Of a stretch of DNA of 64,000 bases, positions 18,458-28,607 are shown one piece after another (position 1 is the stretch's first letter; the number at the start of each line of letters is the position of its first letter). A program made the position numbers and the translations under genes. The notes below the pieces were generated by a model. The model saw only the letters and a list, made by a program, of their open reading frames with translations, searched no databases and was not told the origin of the DNA. Source of the stretch: Thermoplasmatota archaeon (GTDB taxonomy: Archaea > Thermoplasmatota > E2 > JACPAO01 > JAHFTW01); NCBI GenBank assembly GCA_035526765.1, contig DATLBS010000009.1:7570-71569 (forward strand), written 5' to 3'.

Positions 18458-19789
18458 CTAGGCCGCGACGGTGCGCTTCGGCCTGAGCTCGCCCTCGGAG
18501 AAGTATTGGCGGGGATCCGTCAGCTTCCCTTCCAGCGCCGTGACGGCCGCCGTGGCGGGGCTCACGAGGTAGGAGAGGGAGTCGGGGTGGCCCATGCGCC
18601 CCTTGTAGTTGCGGTTGGAGGTGCTGACGCAGACTTCCTTCTCGGCCAGGACGCCGCCCATGCCGCCGAAGCAGGCGCCGCAGGAGCTGGGGTTGAAGAT
18701 GCCGCCCGCCTCCACGATGGTCTTGAGGACGCCGGAGTCGAGGGCGCGGTTGTAGATGGAGGTGGAGGCGGGGAAGACGACGAGGCGCGTGCCTTTCTTG
18801 ACGTGGTTGCCCTTGAGGATGCGCGCGACGGTCTCGAGGTCCTCGTAGCGGGCGTTGGTGCAGCTGCCGATGAAGACCTGGTCGACCTTGGTGACCTTGG
18901 GGGCGGCCTCGCGGACGGGGACGACGTTCTCGGGGCTCTGCGGCATGGCGACGACGGGCTCGAGCTTGCTGCAGTCGAGGGTGTAGGTCTTGGCGTACTT
19001 GGCGTCACGGTCGCTGCGCAGGTCCGCGTGGGTGCGGACCTCGCTGCGGCGGCCGGAGGCCATCGGGGTCGCGTCGAGGTAGCCGAGGGTCTCCTGGTCG
19101 CAGTGGATGACGCCGGCCTTGGCGCCCATCTCGGTCGTCATGTTGGTGAGGGTGAGGCGCTGGTACATCGGCAGGGAGTCGATGGCGGGGCCGGTGAACT
19201 CGACGGCCTGGTACCGGGCACCGTCGTCGCCCATCTGGCCGATGAGGGAGAGCACGATGTCCTTCGACGCGACGGGCTCGACCAATTGGCCCTGCAGCTC
19301 GACCTTGATGGTGGGAGGCACGCGCATCCAGAGCTCGCCGGTGGCGAAGACGGCGGCCATCTCGGTGGGGCCGATGCCGGAGGCGAAGCAGCCGAGGGCG
19401 CCCGCCATGTTGGTGTGGGAGTCGGTGCCGACGACGAGGTCGCCCGGCAGGCAGAAGCCCTCCTCGGCGAGGATCTGGTGGCAGATGCCCTGGCGCCCGA
19501 TGTCGTAGAGGTGGGGCAGGCCGTACTCCTCGCAGAACTTCCGGATGCTCTGGTGCATCTTGGCTGAGGACTCCGAAGAGGCGGGGATCCAATGGTCGAT
19601 GGGGACGACGATGCGGTTGGGGTCCCATACCTTGGTGGCGCCCATCTCCTTGAACGGCTTGACCAGCTGGGCCAGCGCCTCGTGCGCCATGGCGACGTCC
19701 ACCTTGCAGTCGACGACCTCGCCCACGGTGACGGAGGCCGCGCCCGCCTTGAGGGCCAGGATCTTCTGGGGGAGCGTCATCCCTGCCAT
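18458..19789 (-). CDS. leuC: Isopropylmalate/homoaconitate dehydratase large subunit
   Basis: VPIDH, GICHQ, GTDSHT, FIGSCTN, SCGACFG, STSNRNYKGRMG; could be hacA-type. Confidence 0.92.
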   Translation of the reverse strand: MAGMTLPQKILALKAGAASVTVGEVVDCKVDVAMAHEALAQLVKPFKEMGATKVWDPNRIVVPIDHWIPASSESSAKMHQSIRKFCEEYGLPHLYDIGRQGICHQILAEEGFCLPGDLVVGTDSHTNMAGALGCFASGIGPTEMAAVFATGELWMRVPPTIKVELQGQLVEPVASKDIVLSLIGQMGDDGARYQAVEFTGPAIDSLPMYQRLTLTNMTTEMGAKAGVIHCDQETLGYLDATPMASGRRSEVRTHADLRSDRDAKYAKTYTLDCSKLEPVVAMPQSPENVVPVREAAPKVTKVDQVFIGSCTNARYEDLETVARILKGNHVKKGTRLVVFPASTSIYNRALDSGVLKTIVEAGGIFNPSSCGACFGGMGGVLAEKEVCVSTSNRNYKGRMGHPDSLSYLVSPATAAVTALEGKLTDPRQYFSEGELRPKRTVAA

Positions 19790-19861
19790 GCGTTTTGCAG
19801 GGTCCCCCTCCTTAAGGGGCTTTCCGGCGGGGCCTGCGCGCCCACGGTTTTCTGGAGTGCC

Positions 19862-20758
19862 TCAGGCCTGGTCGGGCTTGGCCTGGTCGCGCACGTTGGC
19901 AGGCGCTGCGGGCCTGGCCTCGCGGGCGCGCACCTCGCGCACCGCGGCAGCGACACTCTCGTGCAATGCGCGCGCCAGCATGGCGGCCAGGTGCTGCGTG
20001 ACGGCCTCGACCAAGGCTTGGTCGTCCTGCATGCCCGCCATGCCCGGCGTCCCGACCTTCGCCAAGGGCGCCTGGCCGGCCCCCGCGGTCGTCCGTCCCG
20101 CCGGAGCGGCGATGGCCGGACCCTGGGCTGCAGCGGGGGCAGCCGGCGTGCGCTGGGGGGACTGCGTTGCGTCCGGGGGTGAGATTGCCTCGGGCGGGAC
20201 CTGCGAGCCCGCGGCCTCACGTTCCACTTGGATCACCGGGGCCTGCCTGTCACCGGCAAGGGCCGCCTCCTTCGACCGCATCGCATGCTTGGGGCCCTCC
20301 GCGCCCTCGGGGTGGGCCGCCTCCAGGGACTCGGGTTCCGGCGGGCTCACCACGGTGGGCTGCGCCTGCCGCGCAAGGGCGCCGGCGCTGCCCGGGGCGG
20401 GCGACTGGCCCACCTCGGCGGGCTGCTGGCCCGTGATGGCCTGCGAGGCGGGTGGCGTCATGCCGTCGGCGGCGGAGACCGTCGTGGACCCCGAGCCCTG
20501 TCCCAGGCCGTCGGCGGTGCCTTGGGCTGGCGGGGGGACGTTCTTGCTGGAGCCGCCTGAGGAGGTCGTGGTCGGGTTGGCGCCGGCGGGCGTGGGGCTC
20601 GAGGCGGTGTCGCCTTCCCCCTGCTCCCAGGGCATCACGGTGTGGCCTCCCACCTCGCCGGGGGGACGACTCCGCTGCGCGGCAGGGGCTGCGGCGTGGC
20701 TGGGGATGTCGGGGGAGGGAGTGGCTTGTTCTGGCTGGGGCTGGGCGGCTTGGGGCAT
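19862..20758 (-). CDS. Hypothetical P/A/Q/S-rich disordered protein with C-terminal amphipathic helix
   Basis: Fills the gap between the LVIVD gene and leuC on the same strand; C-terminal DDQALVEAVTQHLAAMLARALHESVAAAVREV; start uncertain. Confidence 0.5.
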   Translation of the reverse strand: MPQAAQPQPEQATPSPDIPSHAAAPAAQRSRPPGEVGGHTVMPWEQGEGDTASSPTPAGANPTTTSSGGSSKNVPPPAQGTADGLGQGSGSTTVSAADGMTPPASQAITGQQPAEVGQSPAPGSAGALARQAQPTVVSPPEPESLEAAHPEGAEGPKHAMRSKEAALAGDRQAPVIQVEREAAGSQVPPEAISPPDATQSPQRTPAAPAAAQGPAIAAPAGRTTAGAGQAPLAKVGTPGMAGMQDDQALVEAVTQHLAAMLARALHESVAAAVREVRAREARPAAPANVRDQAKPDQA

Positions 20759-20892
20759 GCCCCAGGGTGTCTTCGAGGAGCTACATGGAGTGTCCACCAA
20801 AGATGCCCATCTGGAGCGGGGGTCCGAGCGATGCGCTTCAAGCCGCCGGGAAGCGGCGGGAGCGCCGTCTCTTCGGCCTTGCTTGTCGCGGC

Positions 20893-22335
20893 TCAGATCA
20901 TCTTCAGGACGTCCATGCCACGGTTCAGGTCGCCCGTGAACAGGTAGCCTTGGTAGTACCAGGTCTCCCACGTGTTCGAGTTGTCCGCGTACTGGGCCAC
21001 GACCTTGGTGAGGCCGGGGCCTTCGCGCAGGGCCGTGAAGTCCACGACGACGACGCCGGCGCCGTAGAAGCTCATGGCCAGGACGTCCCGCCCCGGGACC
21101 GGGATGAGGCGACCGTGGTGCGCCGTGCAGGAGGCGGCTGCGCCGGAGACGCCCGCCTTCTCGAGCTGGCTTGCCGAGACCCAGCCGACCAGTTGCGGGT
21201 CGGTCTCCGTCGAGATGTCATAGAACCACACAGCGCCGACGGGCGGGCCCACCCGGCCGGCGGGCGTGTCGGCAGCGGCAGTGCAGCCGATGGGGCCGAG
21301 GCCGCCGCCGGACTCATCCCCCACCAGGAGGATCGTGCCATCGGTGGAAAGGCCCGCGTAGTGGCTGAAGGATGCGAGGGAGGCGCTGCCGGAGGGCAGG
21401 CCGTTCACGCCGTGGCCGTACGGCACGCTGACGATCAGCTTCGGCTTGGCGGGGTCGGCCGTGTCGAAGATCTGGGTGTACTCGATGCCGGCGCAGAGGC
21501 CGCGGTACTTGTTCTTCTCGACGGAATTCCAGAAGTAGACGTGGTGGCAGCCGTAGCCGTTGTGGAAGGGCTCCAGGGTGATCACGTTCTCGGGGTCGGA
21601 GAAGTCGTAGATGTCCATGATGCCGGTGCCAAGCGCGGGGTCGACGTTGCCGGGGCCGGCCGCGGGGAAGGAGCCGCCGCCGTCGGAGCGGGCGTTGTAG
21701 ACGAACGGGGTGCCGGGGACGACGCCGACCTTGTGGCTGGGGACCTCGATGGGGGGGAGGGGGCTGGGCTTGCTTGGGTCCGAGATGTCCCAGACGTCCA
21801 GGCCGGAGCCGGTGCTGATCACGGTGACCAGGCGACCGGTGGGGTATGCGATGACGGTGGCGCCGCGGTGGCTGCCCAGCTGCGAGGTGAAGTTCCCCAG
21901 GATCTTCGGGGCGGTGGGCGTCGAGATGTCCACGGTGTAGCTCGGGGCGCCGTAGCCCGGGACGATGGCAATGCTGCCGAACAGCGCGATGCCTGCGCCC
22001 TTGGTGACGCCGGGGGTCTTGACGAGGTGCTGGAGGTCCGCGATGGTGGCAGGGATCGTCGTGGGGTCGATGGGGGCCCAGAATGCCGGGGTGCCGCTGG
22101 ACCTCGAAGGCTGCGCCAGGGTGGGCCAGTTGTAGGCCGGGTGCGCCGAATTCTGCGGGTCCAGGTAGAGGGCAGGACCTGCGAACAGGGCGCCAAGGCC
22201 CTTGTAGAGCGGGCCGGCGACCGCCGCAACCTGACTGACGGGAGGGGTCACAGCGTCCGGGGTGACGGGCGAGTCGATGCAACCGGAGAGGCCCGCCGCG
22301 AGCAGGGCCGCGACGGCCAGAAGTCTCAGGGACAT
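20893..22335 (-). CDS. LVIVD-like beta-propeller lipoprotein, paralog A
   Basis: Lipobox GLSGC; LDVWDISDP, IFDTADP, WETWYYQGYLFTGDLNRGMDVL. Confidence 0.8.
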   Translation of the reverse strand: MSLRLLAVAALLAAGLSGCIDSPVTPDAVTPPVSQVAAVAGPLYKGLGALFAGPALYLDPQNSAHPAYNWPTLAQPSRSSGTPAFWAPIDPTTIPATIADLQHLVKTPGVTKGAGIALFGSIAIVPGYGAPSYTVDISTPTAPKILGNFTSQLGSHRGATVIAYPTGRLVTVISTGSGLDVWDISDPSKPSPLPPIEVPSHKVGVVPGTPFVYNARSDGGGSFPAAGPGNVDPALGTGIMDIYDFSDPENVITLEPFHNGYGCHHVYFWNSVEKNKYRGLCAGIEYTQIFDTADPAKPKLIVSVPYGHGVNGLPSGSASLASFSHYAGLSTDGTILLVGDESGGGLGPIGCTAAADTPAGRVGPPVGAVWFYDISTETDPQLVGWVSASQLEKAGVSGAAASCTAHHGRLIPVPGRDVLAMSFYGAGVVVVDFTALREGPGLTKVVAQYADNSNTWETWYYQGYLFTGDLNRGMDVLKMI

Positions 22336-22360
22336 GGGTGGACCGACTCCAGGGAGTGGA

Positions 22361-22372
22361 TTAAGGGTTGCG
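22361..22372 (-). promoter_or_regulatory. Putative BRE/TATA element CGCAACCCTTAA
   Basis: Ends exactly 25 nt before the ATG at 22335; identical 12-mer lies 25 nt before the GTG at 23859. Confidence 0.6.
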
Positions 22373-22398
22373 TCCGCCCCGCCCCAACCGCGACCTGG

Positions 22399-23859
22399 TC
22401 AGACGAGTTTCAGGACGTCCATGCCGCGGTTCAGGTCGCCCGTGAAGAGGTAGCCCTGGTAGTACCACGTCTCCCACGTGTCGGAGTGGTCGGCCCACTG
22501 CGCCACGGTGCTGGGGAGGCCGCCGCCCTCGCTGCGGACGTCCGTGAAGTCGATGACGAGGACGCCGGAGCCGTAGAAGCTCATGGCCAGCATGTCGCGC
22601 TCCAGGTGCGGGATGAGGCGGCCGTGGTGCGCGGTGCAGCTGGTGGGCGCGTCGCCGCCCGTCGTGGCCTTGTCGGCCTGGGAGGCGGAGTACCAGCCCA
22701 GCAGCTTCGGCTGGGTCTCCACGGAGACGTCGTAGAACCAGACCGCCCCGATGGGCATGCTGACGGCGCCGACACCGGGGATGTCCGCGCGGACGACGCA
22801 GCCGGGCGGGGTGCTGCCGCCGCCGGACTCGTCGCCCATGAGGAGGACCTTGCCGTCGCGCGAGAGGCCGGCGTAGTGGCTGATCGAGAGGGGGATCTGC
22901 GCGCTGCGGTCGGTGGCGTCCAGCGGGGTGCCGCCGGAGCCGAAGGGGACGCTCACGATGACCTTGGGGTGGTACGGGTCGGTGGTGTCCCAGATCTGCG
23001 TGTACTGGATGCCGGCGCAGACGCCGCGCGTCTTGTTGAGGGCCAGGTTGTTCCAGAAGTAGACGTGGTGGCAGGAGTAGCCGTTCTTGAAGTCGGGCAG
23101 CGGGACCGCCTTGGTGGGGTCGCTGAGGTCCCACATCTTCGTGATGGCGGGCGAGGTGTCAGGGTCGCTCGAGGCGCCGCCGCCGGAGGCCGCGTTGACG
23201 ACGATGGGGGTGCCGGGGATGACGCCGACCTTGTGGCTGCGCACGAGCTTGCCGTCGACGTCGGTGAGGGGCGGCAGAGCGGTGGGGGCGGTGGGGTCGC
23301 TGAGGTCCCAGACGTCGATGCCCGCTCCCGTGGAGATGACGGTGACGAGGCGGCCGTCCGGGTAGGGGATGAAGGCGGCGCCGCGGTGGGTGCCGAGGCC
23401 TTCCTGCGGCTTGATCTGCGACAGGACGTTAGGGTGCAGGGGGTCGGAGATGTCGACGATGGAGGTCGGCTGCCCGAAGCCGGGGACGACGACGAGGCTG
23501 CCGAAGATGGCGATGCCAGCACCGGAGGGGACCTTGGGCGCCTGCACGAGGTGCTCGAGGTCGCGGATGGCGGCCGGCAGGGCGATGGGCTCGATCGGGG
23601 CCCAGTACTTCGGGACGGCGGCCCCCACGGCGGGATGGGCAAGCGTGGGCCAGTTGAAGCCGGGGTGGGGCGTGTTCTGGGGGTCGTCGTAGAGGGCGGG
23701 GCCGGCGAACAGCCTGCCGACACCGGAGTAGAGCGGGCCGGGAAGGGCCGGGCCTCCCACGGGCAGGTTCGGCGTTTCGGCGGCCGGGGCAGGACCGGTG
23801 ATGCAGCCGGCCAGCAGGGCGGCCAGCAGGGAGGCGGCGGCCAGGAGCTTGAGGGACAC
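22399..23859 (-). CDS. LVIVD-like beta-propeller lipoprotein, paralog B
   Basis: GTG start, lipobox LLAGC; colinear with paralog A, sharing WETWYYQGYLFTGDLNRGMDVLK. Confidence 0.8.
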   Translation of the reverse strand: MSLKLLAAASLLAALLAGCITGPAPAAETPNLPVGGPALPGPLYSGVGRLFAGPALYDDPQNTPHPGFNWPTLAHPAVGAAVPKYWAPIEPIALPAAIRDLEHLVQAPKVPSGAGIAIFGSLVVVPGFGQPTSIVDISDPLHPNVLSQIKPQEGLGTHRGAAFIPYPDGRLVTVISTGAGIDVWDLSDPTAPTALPPLTDVDGKLVRSHKVGVIPGTPIVVNAASGGGASSDPDTSPAITKMWDLSDPTKAVPLPDFKNGYSCHHVYFWNNLALNKTRGVCAGIQYTQIWDTTDPYHPKVIVSVPFGSGGTPLDATDRSAQIPLSISHYAGLSRDGKVLLMGDESGGGSTPPGCVVRADIPGVGAVSMPIGAVWFYDVSVETQPKLLGWYSASQADKATTGGDAPTSCTAHHGRLIPHLERDMLAMSFYGSGVLVIDFTDVRSEGGGLPSTVAQWADHSDTWETWYYQGYLFTGDLNRGMDVLKLV

Positions 23860-23884
23860 GCGCGTGCGACGGCGGGGCCACGGG

Positions 23885-23896
23885 TTAAGGGTTGCG
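23885..23896 (-). promoter_or_regulatory. Putative BRE/TATA element CGCAACCCTTAA
   Basis: Same 12-mer and same 25-nt spacing as at 22361-22372. Confidence 0.6.
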
Positions 23897-24016
23897 ACGC
23901 CCGGCATGCAACGGTTCGTGTGATGCACGGGAAACGCGAAGCGGGTCCAGGGACGAAGCGATGATGCGATGACTGCGCTACAGCCCTTAAGTAAGGGGAC
24001 GTGGGACAGCGGGTCG

Positions 24017-24316
24017 ATGCGGTCCCGCATGTCGGCGCAGACGACCGGCGCCATCCTGCTGCTGCTGGCCCTCGTGGCATGGGCCGTCGTCTTGGCGGAG
24101 GCCACCATCGTCCACAAGGTGTCGCTCCTCAGCATCGGCTCGGCGGTGCTCATCACCGGCCTCGTGTTCTCGTGGCCCTTCCTGCATGGCGCCCGCGCCG
24201 GCTCCGGCAACATGGTCCTCCTGCGACCCTGCCGCCACTGCGGCACCCTGCCGGTCCCGGCGCTGCAGTTCTGCATCCGGTGCGGCGCCTACCCGAAGGC
24301 GCCCTCCATGGGCTGA
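24017..24316 (+). CDS. Small 2-TM protein with C-terminal zinc ribbon
   Basis: Two hydrophobic helices, then CRHC...CIRC; CCCTTAA about 26 nt upstream; start 24017 or 24029. Confidence 0.7.
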   Translation: MRSRMSAQTTGAILLLLALVAWAVVLAEATIVHKVSLLSIGSAVLITGLVFSWPFLHGARAGSGNMVLLRPCRHCGTLPVPALQFCIRCGAYPKAPSMG

Positions 24317-24390
24317 CGCAGCACGCGAAGCCGCCCCAGGGGGTGCTGCTACCACAATCTCATATAGGGGGCTCCCCGCCTTGGGTGCCA

Positions 24391-24675
24391 GTGTCCCTGA
24401 CCACGCGCCAGGTGGGCTACGGCCTGCTGGGCCTCACCGCCCTCACCGTGGCGCTGACCGCCTACATGGTGGCCACGGCCGACCACGCCATGGCGCCCAT
24501 CCATTATGCCCCGGCGGCCGCCCTCGTCGCCATGATGGCGGTGTGGCCCTTTGCCAACGGGTGGCGGCCATGGACCTCGTCGCTGCCGCAGAGCTGCCGC
24601 GCCTGCGGGACCCAGTGGCTTCCCGGCGAGGCGCAAGGCCAGTGCCCGGCGTGCGGGCAAGTCAGTTCGGCCTGA
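24391..24675 (+). CDS. Small 2-TM protein with C-terminal zinc ribbon
   Basis: Two hydrophobic helices, then CRAC...CPAC; CATATAG about 25 nt upstream of GTG. Confidence 0.65.
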   Translation: MSLTTRQVGYGLLGLTALTVALTAYMVATADHAMAPIHYAPAAALVAMMAVWPFANGWRPWTSSLPQSCRACGTQWLPGEAQGQCPACGQVSSA

Positions 24676-24828
24676 CCCGCAACTTCGCACGCAAACCGCG
24701 CAAGACCGGGAGGGGCTGCGCATCGTGCGCGGGGCGGGGCCAATGATGCCTCGGCGCCCCCGGACTCCACGCGGATGCCGCGGAATGGGCGGAGGACACC
24801 CCCCCATTGGCCACGACCCACCGGCCTG

Positions 24829-25959
24829 TTACTTCAGGATGCCCATGGCCTGCAGCTTCTCCGGCAGGTAGGTGTCCGTCACGAAATTCAAGCCATACTT
24901 GGCCAGCGCCTGCTGCTCCGACTTCGTCTTCATCTCGAGCTGCAGGTTGATCTCGCCGCGCCAGTAGTCGTCGTCGAAGCGGGGGTCGTCCAGCTCGGCC
25001 TTGAGGGCGTCGACGTCCTGGTCGGTGAGCTTGTCCGTCGGCAGGTCGTAGTTGATGATGTCCGACGGGGTCACGCCGAGGAACTGCGCCGTGGGCGTGG
25101 CGAGGTACTCGGAGATGTGGGCGGTCTTGATGGCGCCATACGCCACACTCGCGAAGATGCGGAACGACCACGGGTCGCCGTCGGTGAACACGATGACGGG
25201 CTGGTTGGCCTCCTCGTTGAGGCGCTTGATGAGGCGGCGCGTGCTGCGGGCGGGCTGCCCCTTGAGGTGGACCAGGGTGCAGTTGTGCTTCGTGTCGAAG
25301 CCGTTCTCCACCAGGCGCGCGAACATGCCGCCCGTCTCGATGGCGATCACGAAATCGGAGTTGACGTTCTTGAACTGCAGGCGGTCCGGCTCCACGTTGT
25401 ACGGGATGTTGTAGCCCGAGTCGCCCACATCGTTCTGGCAGTGCATGGTGCGCTTCTCGCCGTTGCGCGTCGTCTCCACGACCTGGAGGTCGCCGATCAT
25501 CGCCGCGCCGTTCTCCTCGGGCCGCAGCTTGAAGTCCTCGCGCATCGACCCCGTCATGACCTCTAGGTCCTCTGCCAGCAAGTCCGACTCGTCCTGGGAG
25601 TGGAACTTCGCGAGGTCCCAGCCCTCCGAGATGTAGTACATCTCACGAAGCGTCGAGGACTTGTTCTCGCCGATCATCTGCTTGATGAAGTCCGTGAGGA
25701 ACATCGTGCGCAGCAGCATGTAGGCGCCATCGAGGGACTTGGCGGAGCGCGTCGTGAACTCGGAGCCGTACTTCCAGACCCGGTGGCGGTCGTCGAAGAC
25801 GATGTTGCCCTTGTTGCGCGAGCTGAGCTGCACCTCGGGGATGCTGGCCGACCTCAGGTGCTTGTAGATGGTGTCCGCGATGCCGTCCAGGGATTTCGTG
25901 GCCTGCGCCTCGCGCTGGGCCTTCGTGTCGCGCTTGCCGGATTCCTTTTTTTCTGCCAT
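24829..25959 (-). CDS. top6A: DNA topoisomerase VI subunit A
   Basis: STLREMYY catalytic Tyr, IAIETGGMF, LKGQPARSTR, VFTDGDPW, EQQAL. Confidence 0.96.
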   Translation of the reverse strand: MAEKKESGKRDTKAQREAQATKSLDGIADTIYKHLRSASIPEVQLSSRNKGNIVFDDRHRVWKYGSEFTTRSAKSLDGAYMLLRTMFLTDFIKQMIGENKSSTLREMYYISEGWDLAKFHSQDESDLLAEDLEVMTGSMREDFKLRPEENGAAMIGDLQVVETTRNGEKRTMHCQNDVGDSGYNIPYNVEPDRLQFKNVNSDFVIAIETGGMFARLVENGFDTKHNCTLVHLKGQPARSTRRLIKRLNEEANQPVIVFTDGDPWSFRIFASVAYGAIKTAHISEYLATPTAQFLGVTPSDIINYDLPTDKLTDQDVDALKAELDDPRFDDDYWRGEINLQLEMKTKSEQQALAKYGLNFVTDTYLPEKLQAMGILK

Positions 25960-25977
25960 CACACGCCCCCCTCCGAC

Positions 25978-26075
25978 CTAACCACAGATTGCACCGATCC
26001 CACAGAGACTGACCGTTCGCCCTCGGCCAGCCTGGCTAGTTCTGTGAAATCTGTGGAATCTGTGGTTCGTTGGGG
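25978..26075. repeat. Short element bounded by inverted 9-nt-periodic arms (AACCACAGATT...AATCTGTGGTT)
   Basis: Left arm AACCACAGATTGCACCGATCCCACAGA; right arm reverse complement AACCACAGATTCCACAGATTTCACAGA; lies between top6B and top6A. Confidence 0.85.
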
Positions 26076-26102
26076 CGCGAAGCAGGGCAAGTGACCGACC
26101 AT

Positions 26103-28295
26103 TCACTCGCCCCCATGCCACGGGTCCGCCCCGACCACATGGATCTCGTTGATGCCCTCGACGAACGTCTCGACGTCGTCCATCCCGCCCTTGTCCACGC
26201 CAGCCACCTGGTAGGACAGCGTGACCTTCTCCGTGGGCTTGAGCGGCGGCACCTCCCACATGACGTAGCGTTCGGTGACGGTCTTGGGGGCCGGGTCGGC
26301 CTCGGCGAACACGGCGCGGTCGGGCAGCACGATGTAGAGCCGGAACTTCTTGGATCCCATCATGTAGTTGGTGAGCCCCAGCCTGGAGGACGCAAGGTAG
26401 GCCTGGCGCGGCTTGGGGTGATCCATGGGGGGCACGACGCCGGCCTCCGCCATCGCCTCCGCCGGCGGCTCCTCGAAGGCATCCAGGGTCGCGGCCTTCT
26501 TCCCCTTGACCGCGGCCACCTTCTCGGCGGCGATGCCGGGCTGCTTCCCCTTCGCCTTCTTCGCGGGCGGCTCCTGGGAGTCCTCCGCCTTTGCGTCCTC
26601 CGCCTGGATGCGCGGGGACTCGGGGGCAAGCACCTGGCCCTCGAGCTTCTTGTACTCCACGACGGGGTCCTCGATCCACACCACGTCCATGATCTTGCAG
26701 ACGATGGGGGCCAGGTCCGCCTCCGGCTTCCCCAGGACGCTGGAGGCCTTCTTGTTGATCTCCGGCAGGATCTTCGTGACCAGGGTGAACTTCTCCGAGA
26801 CCTTCGCGCGCTTGGCCTTCTTGGCGAGGTGGCGGCCCAGGTGGCGCGCGGCCTCCTGCAGCCCCAGCTTCACCTCCCGGTGGATCTCCTCGATGGGTGC
26901 GATGGCCTCCTTGGCCTCCGACGTGAAGGGCACCTTGGTGCTGGCCACGTGCACCAGCACGATGGCGGGCCCCACCGGCATGCCCTTGCCGCCGCGCTGC
27001 TCGAGGCCATAGCGGCGCCAGTCCACGTCCTGCACGGCCACGGTGCTGGCGCAGCCGCCGCCCTGATACAGCAGGGGCACGCGGTTGGCGAAGCGCAGGA
27101 TGCGGGCCTGCTCCTCCGCGGGCAGGGTGCCGCCGTAGACGATCCCGACCTCCACCTGGAACGGGTGGCCGCCCCAGACGGAGGGAGGCCGCGTGACGGT
27201 GGTGATGAACTCGGGGCTCACGTCCTCGGTCTCCTTCTTGAGGCCGCGGCGCACCAGCGTCTCTCCGATGGGGGAGAGGCAGTCGGTCGGGGGCGCCATG
27301 ATCTTGACCTTGGGGAACGCCTCGTGCAGGCGGCGCACCTCGTCGTGCTTCAGGTCCTTGGGGTCGATGTTGTCGAGGTCGGCGGCCTCGAGGATCTTCT
27401 TGGCGGTGTCGTTGCCGACGGAGGAGAACTGGTCGGTGAGGAACGTGGTGAGCTTGCGCTCCTTGGCGTCCTTGGCCATCTTGAGGATGGTGCCCAGCTC
27501 GGTGCCGTGCGGGTGGGGCTTGATCTGCTTGGTGGGCGGCGGCACCTCGTCGGTCACGCGGTCGAACACGGTGGCCTGGCCGGTGGGGTCGAGGAAGGTG
27601 ATCCTGGCGTGCGGGTTCACGATGGAGGTCGCGCGCAGGAACTCGTAGGCCGACTGGCGGCCGCCCTGGAACTTCGCCTTGATGACGACCTCGATGCGGG
27701 TGCCATGGTCCTTCTGCCACGCTTCGTCCATGGTGGTGGAGTGGATCTCGGGCTGGTTCTTCTTGGTGTCCAGGCCCAGCTCCATGCGCACGGCGGGATG
27801 CCCGACCCCGATCTTCGACACCACCGTCGCGCGGTGGCCGGTCGTCAGCTGCCCATACAGCACCACGGCGGAGATGCCGATGCCCTGCTGGCCGCGCGAC
27901 TGGCGGATGGCGTGGAAGCGCGAGCCGTAGAGGAGGCGGGCGAAGATGTTGGGCATCTGGCGCTGCACGATGCCGGGGCCGTTGTCCTCCACGACGACCC
28001 TCAGCTCGTCCGGGTGGGTGCCCTTGTGGACCTGGACGTCGATGTCGGGGAGGATGCCGGCCTCCTCGCAGGCGTCGAGGGAGTTGTCGGTGGCCTCCTT
28101 GATGGCCGTGATGAGCGCCTTGATGGGGGAGTCGAAGCCCAGGATCTGGCGGTTGCGCTCGAAGAACTCCGCGACGGAGATCTCCTTCTGCCCGAGGGCC
28201 AGCTCCTCCGCGATGGGGCCCTTGCCCTTGCGCTTGGCAGGTGACGCCGCGTCCTTGGCGCCGTCGAGGGTGGCCTGGTTCTTGGCTGCGCTCAC
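26103..28295 (-). CDS. top6B: DNA topoisomerase VI subunit B
   Basis: [54 protein letters not shown]; GTG start inferred. Confidence 0.95.
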   Translation of the reverse strand: MSAAKNQATLDGAKDAASPAKRKGKGPIAEELALGQKEISVAEFFERNRQILGFDSPIKALITAIKEATDNSLDACEEAGILPDIDVQVHKGTHPDELRVVVEDNGPGIVQRQMPNIFARLLYGSRFHAIRQSRGQQGIGISAVVLYGQLTTGHRATVVSKIGVGHPAVRMELGLDTKKNQPEIHSTTMDEAWQKDHGTRIEVVIKAKFQGGRQSAYEFLRATSIVNPHARITFLDPTGQATVFDRVTDEVPPPTKQIKPHPHGTELGTILKMAKDAKERKLTTFLTDQFSSVGNDTAKKILEAADLDNIDPKDLKHDEVRRLHEAFPKVKIMAPPTDCLSPIGETLVRRGLKKETEDVSPEFITTVTRPPSVWGGHPFQVEVGIVYGGTLPAEEQARILRFANRVPLLYQGGGCASTVAVQDVDWRRYGLEQRGGKGMPVGPAIVLVHVASTKVPFTSEAKEAIAPIEEIHREVKLGLQEAARHLGRHLAKKAKRAKVSEKFTLVTKILPEINKKASSVLGKPEADLAPIVCKIMDVVWIEDPVVEYKKLEGQVLAPESPRIQAEDAKAEDSQEPPAKKAKGKQPGIAAEKVAAVKGKKAATLDAFEEPPAEAMAEAGVVPPMDHPKPRQAYLASSRLGLTNYMMGSKKFRLYIVLPDRAVFAEADPAPKTVTERYVMWEVPPLKPTEKVTLSYQVAGVDKGGMDDVETFVEGINEIHVVGADPWHGGE

Positions 28296-28607
28296 GCTCT
28301 CGTGCTCCCGTGCATCCCGTCTCCTGGAGCGCCAGGGGGTTTGAAAGGGATGCGCTCGGGTCCGGTGAAGTGCTCCTGCGCTCCTGCGCTCCTGGTCGGT
28401 TTTCGCGAGCCACGCCGACCAGGCCACCGGTGGCGGACCGGCCCGATCCGTTTCAGCGTGAAACGCGTCCCAAGCCACGCCGCACATGGGACCACGTTCG
28501 GAAAGGCAGGTGGCGTTCCATGCTTCCCTGGAGCCTTGGCTTGCGAAAGGCCGGCAAGGCCTAGGCGCGACCGGCGCCGCTTTGTGCTCCCGCCGAGGTG
28601 CCCCGGC

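Noticed and set aside
28366-28465. GCTCCTGC x3 and the palindrome GTTTCA-GCG-TGAAAC between top6B and the CxxC gene
   Set aside because: Short and single; could be an operator but is not distinguishable from chance by eye
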